Sequence record: MT446416.1
Reading direction: 5' to 3' (one strand)
Source of the DNA: Escherichia virus TH47
DNA length: 64,000 nt
Shown here piece after piece: positions 61,501 to 64,000 of the stretch. The notes under the pieces were generated by a model. It did no database searches and was not told the origin of the DNA. It was given only the letters and a program-made list of their open reading frames with translations. The first letter of the stretch is position 1; every line of letters starts with the position of its first letter. The translations under genes were made by a program, and so were the position numbers.

Positions 61501-64000
61501 CACCATTGCATTCCAGAACTAAATCTTGTACTGATATTGCTCGTATTATTAAAGAACCAGCACAGCTTAACATTCCTTGGTTTGCACCAATCAATGAAAG
61601 CTCGTTCATTCTAAGTAATATGCAATTTGAAGTCAACGATGACACAAGTATTTTAACTGTTTCTTATTACATGGATAATACTGAAGTTATTAAACATGAC
61701 CAGTATCAATTATGTAAAGAAGGTGATAGCTATAACTTCAATCCATCAATCTGGACTTCTATGTGGAATTCTATGATTGGTCAAGAAACTACTGAATCAG
61801 GAACTGTTATTGATTTACTATATCCTTTAGTACCAAACGGTTTAGGTTCTAATAAGACTTGGTTCCAAGATGTAATTGAAGCTCGTAGAAACTTTGTAGA
61901 AAGTGCAAATAACTATTATCGCTCACAGAATATAACAACTAACACTGTTCTAATGGACGAAGTGTTTAATGTTAAAACTACTGAAGTTAACCCGAATGAA
62001 GTATCATATCGTGTACTAACTTACAATAGTGAATTAGTCATTGCACCTGAAAGTGACAAGTTCAAAGAAAACGACGCAGTACTAGTAAGTACTAGTGGTG
62101 TATTACCTAACCCACTATCAACTAGCTCTGTATATTTTGTGCATATTGATGCTAATGGTTATATTCATCTAATGAATAGCCCATCAAGTGCTGGTAGTGT
62201 GGTTACCATTACATTGGAAAACCGTGGTGAAGGTCAACAGAAAATGATTAAACAATCAGACTATGTTGAAGCACTAGGAACTTCATTGGACATGACCCAG
62301 TACTGGTCACTAGCAGATTGGTATGATATTGGCTACGATAAAAATACTGCATATACACAAGAATCCAGCCTAGAAGATGCAAACACTAAGAACTATCAAG
62401 TTGGTGACATTATCAGAATTACAGATGTTGATGGCATCTGGACATTGTACATTAAAGCACAATCACGTGATTCAGTTTACTGGAAAGCAATTGGTCGTGA
62501 AAATAGTACAGTTGAATTGAATGATATGTTATACGCTGACTATACAGTTCGTGATGCTAATGGTTCGTTGAGTAATCGTGAGATTAACGTTCGTAAAGCA
62601 CTAGCTTTATTGAAGAACTCATTCGATTTACATCAGAGTGAAATTGTGTTTGATATGGTTAAGTATGTTCACGTAGAACAAAGCGTTGTTGATTGGGTAT
62701 TCAAAACATCTTACATTTATATTGTAGGTTTAGAACAATCATTAGTACAGAACTATTCCAACGACAACTTGATTAATCAAATCGTTGAGTACTTTGAAGA
62801 AGTTAAACCATATAGAACTAAGATTCGTTCCCAGATTGAACAGAAAACTTCAGATGATGATTTAATTAAAGGTTTGTGTAATGATTTAGATCCTAATGGC
62901 TATATATTTGCAGATGGGACTTGGGTTAAAACGGAAAAAGACATTTGGGATTATGAATATGCTCAATTCAATGAGGTAACTCAACGTTGGGAGCAAGTTG
63001 GTGAATTGCCAAGTGATTTCGTAACACCTAATCGCCGTTTCCAAGAAATTGATGTTATCATGCACTACGACAACACTCAATGTAAACCAAATGATAATTT
63101 GGCAAGTGTTGATGTATTGGAAGAAGTGAATAAAAAATATCAATCTAATGCACAAGATGTTGTTAGTGATTTTGAATTACAACGTTACAAATATACATTC
63201 CCAGAATACAGTGATGAAGATTTCGACCTATTGGTTGCTTATCAGATGCAATTGTATTACCCAGAATTGAACGTAACTCTAGGGATTGCTTATGGTGTTA
63301 ACCAATGGTATGCAGAACATGCAGATGATTTGGTAGCAACCGCAGAATTCACAGAAACGTTGAATCGTGTATATAAAGAATCAACACAGAATGAAATGTT
63401 TAATGACGTAAATCATTATGTTCAGTATAACACACTCTCTAACCGTTTGAAATTGTACACAGGTGCAGATGATGAAGTAATTCATGATGAGGTTGGATGT
63501 GGATTTAGTGGGTTAACTTACGATGATAATCCAAGCACCAGACTACCGTTTGGTTACGCATCCAGTACTGATTATAACTTTGGTTACTTTGAAGTTAGTA
63601 GTGAGTTGTATAATAAGTATGTTTCTTTAATTAAAGAAAACAATACTACTGCAACTGATGATGAAGTTAGAATTATACTTGAAGTTGAATATGGTGTTTA
63701 TTCATATCGCCATGTAGATGAAGATGGAAATCAACGATTCTACAATGACGCAATTCATGTATTGTCCGGTATGCGTGGTTTGTATGACAAAGATGCTACC
63801 GACCATTATGAAAAGGCTGAAGAAATACTAAGTAGAATGCCTATTGATATTCATGCATTTACTATGATGCCACGAAAATATGTTTATGTTAATGTTAATG
63901 GTGTATACGAGAGTATCCCAGATGACCAAAGCATTGATGATTTCATGGAAGACAAATTCATAACTGACGGTCAACTAGTTCAATTGGCAGAAATAAATCT
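55533..64000 (+). CDS. giant virion-associated protein (at least 2822 aa, C-terminus beyond window), function unknown
   Basis: ATG at 55533 with GGAG SD; frame spot-checked open at 56193, 57000, 60000 and 63000. No in-frame stop through 64000 and no competing plus-strand ORFs in the track across about 8.5 kb. Confidence 0.6.
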   Translation, partial: MTNNFKFQPTQMAEAVQKKLFIKRLPEWMQGLEDIQKVSDDVIQQWFNPAENELVDGYIGDMGSPAAAGNIFLHESTVARQLYQLSTAYVSRNNDSSIRSIQFYDDLVGYMNHYGALTENESRLFNGKFYSWTPPINPNKMNNYSSYLWDSKNSYNITTPDYIVMERGAENGNTWSLQNFWYTLGETLEDGTILTEELMQDSRFVRARAPIIEYNKNIELMNYGTKFRGTVDLFSDIIKPEDIVQKDINSGIRIDGIIPQDGMRILFTSIGNNGENNRIYKVYVKRMQDGTRVYGLALDPDEESESRPSGEPQDGDVVLIIKGNEFGNSSMYWNGSHWIQAQSKTSVNVFPQFQLYDRNGVKLNNTTTYPSSTFTGSSLFGFKINYNYATDSVYGYNIELGDYNYYTYENFLQSTRYTYEHLGVEVEIDGLYYYNVIGEGNTMNLETDWVRSTEYSKQYVKQTPQVERTVMFRVFSTVYDMESFKDPVEGMYAYVIEVDRTYQYYKAERETYLDWHVIVGDGVQSVKYNHTFELAQKVLDNSDDIIELVVDGVEIKEYTKTVVNNQVQSITIDSSVDLDEDSVVQIRTYSSTITPNKELGAYEVPINLQNNPYNSNIEYINQGDYTQHFQDIIQKNITSGSADDFNNYEERLASGLVNNGVGTKIIQNEASMLPLMAHTANEDIDLFESIMFMQAEYFRFINKFNTQMLRLYEEDPSAFLGNSASNIVDAILTAINMGRDSTFPFYYDNVASTAGFIRAFVPPTPQFLGILQAYTPQKATFLTAGSKSSWYNISHTGIISKAYRVINGVDKMDDVVFELENRIFNSIDLTFKDIDYKPVLNSEDLFPTPYFTGTDYSAEEKKTLLLRGYINFTATNGISNSTHDYDANNWRTWNYTGSYYVVDGQRTEIPARGSWRAIYTDQYGTYRPATHPWEMMGFSQRPTWWNQEYEPTAVQVGEREGDVVYVYEALVMNESGDLVPSGLWDIDGTIGDSSTGTILSGERRGQYDKYKRFGVQPFKITKTGEKTSTGIDICEVEYIAPEVLGLVSGNLDHRAEPWAYGDMGDMEFTYMNTAMFAYDQMLLLYKAKPAQFANYYWDTRNDNLKPVYTDGSQFLYGETRKRLNFDSTTLVHGEKNTRTIGYQMFVSDYLMYQNKNITTKYGDVVRSSYVNVAHKIGGFTKADQLTFTAKSFGLISQENQTIGLVRSNNILDEQMSAVKITWNGSAYQIDGYDLVGAKFKYKIPVKNGRKVTLKLEDRTVVHYNEWKSEGTLEYGKIFNTYQEVYTFICGYGEYLKEHGWIFEDVNDSGAQQDWTTIAKDFVIWSQNSLSTGEFISCTPSAANAKFGADFGSVQSVTQNSGGVWSLLDDENQGIRQYEIETSRIGNVFTVRTTSESQKRMALIRLSLSSYEHAVVFDDKTIFGDFIYQPTYGAIQELIKMYGYITGSWTGRLQAPGFIILEAGTLPSFEKLVTDFDLYYNSETPVSDVQLQELSNHLIGYQTRDYLQRMISSDVSRVDFYKGFIHDKGTNQVMEKVLRVSKSYDTDEYKALQEWAFKIGTYGNINGKKNLQFKLINDQFKQQPQMVSFDVNATSNGTGNGIVYYGEQGVDPRWITRPNGKFSFPMRSGRSENIQLPDIGPVTLDEISYVTKDFSTAYNDRINYMNNSGEIPDSVWMFKDGNDLWNIFELVDTEVEMLSIVPIENTDVYAEQFCKVTLSDDIPLNDGDYYYFVDETNFMPDTLTIESQYYTAGNDPRVMVVPFDTSITIDFTDPDTRPRLYRYVSRFSTEEMRQEYIDRKYSFKAPQSTLFDRPTTYDERTNITALYLNVFDPINGVIPGAAMQNVTYTSPVDPAQYNSNGELIQAWGADKVGQVWWNTSTAFYLDYTRAIYDADGNVDVDATNEYKRYNWGRLLPHSTVDVLEWVCSPVEPYNWDKYCKDVANKNKNNTMYLPSGTALEDNYSTFLEYDSTTDTYVTKYYFWVRDTIYVPPLHSRTKSCTDIARIIKEPAQLNIPWFAPINESSFILSNMQFEVNDDTSILTVSYYMDNTEVIKHDQYQLCKEGDSYNFNPSIWTSMWNSMIGQETTESGTVIDLLYPLVPNGLGSNKTWFQDVIEARRNFVESANNYYRSQNITTNTVLMDEVFNVKTTEVNPNEVSYRVLTYNSELVIAPESDKFKENDAVLVSTSGVLPNPLSTSSVYFVHIDANGYIHLMNSPSSAGSVVTITLENRGEGQQKMIKQSDYVEALGTSLDMTQYWSLADWYDIGYDKNTAYTQESSLEDANTKNYQVGDIIRITDVDGIWTLYIKAQSRDSVYWKAIGRENSTVELNDMLYADYTVRDANGSLSNREINVRKALALLKNSFDLHQSEIVFDMVKYVHVEQSVVDWVFKTSYIYIVGLEQSLVQNYSNDNLINQIVEYFEEVKPYRTKIRSQIEQKTSDDDLIKGLCNDLDPNGYIFADGTWVKTEKDIWDYEYAQFNEVTQRWEQVGELPSDFVTPNRRFQEIDVIMHYDNTQCKPNDNLASVDVLEEVNKKYQSNAQDVVSDFELQRYKYTFPEYSDEDFDLLVAYQMQLYYPELNVTLGIAYGVNQWYAEHADDLVATAEFTETLNRVYKESTQNEMFNDVNHYVQYNTLSNRLKLYTGADDEVIHDEVGCGFSGLTYDDNPSTRLPFGYASSTDYNFGYFEVSSELYNKYVSLIKENNTTATDDEVRIILEVEYGVYSYRHVDEDGNQRFYNDAIHVLSGMRGLYDKDATDHYEKAEEILSRMPIDIHAFTMMPRKYVYVNVNGVYESIPDDQSIDDFMEDKFITDGQLVQLAEIN

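Overview
This 64 kb window reads as a contiguous stretch of an AT-rich, T4-superfamily (T4-core) lytic myovirus genome; no rRNA, CRISPR array, integrase or transposase was seen. All calls come from reading the six-frame translations and the DNA by eye, with no database searches, so homology calls rest on remembered family motifs. Left to right it holds a minus-strand replication/recombination module (partial gp61-like primase, UvsW-like helicase, DnaQ-like exonuclease, UvsY-like, UvsX, gp32-like SSB), a gp17-like large terminase, T4-type RNase H, a clamp-like protein, a GroES-like protein and a family B DNA polymerase. Then comes a head module (gp23-like capsid, gp22-like scaffold, gp21-like protease, acidic core protein, gp20-like portal), a gp49/gp46/gp47/gp55-like block, and a plus-strand baseplate/tail module (gp53/gpX-like, gp5-like spike, GH24 lysozyme, gp25-like, gp6/gpJ-like) ending in one ORF of at least 2822 codons that runs off the window. 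At least five freestanding homing-endonuclease-like genes are scattered through it. Coding is dense and punctuated by hairpin terminators, sigma70-like extended -10 promoters before early genes, and a recurring TATAAATA / ATAAATAAT late-promoter-like motif before structural genes. The most notable observations are: an apparent +1 frameshift splitting the terminase gene exactly at its Walker A motif; a tandem pair of Ala/Val-rich paralogs forming their own opposite-strand transcription unit; the giant ORF; an ~840 bp noncoding iteron-like region; and a spike protein with fused M23-like and lysozyme domains followed by a second lysozyme. I did not find a clear-cut new multi-gene system; the Ala-rich pair and the noncoding region are the best candidates for something undescribed.
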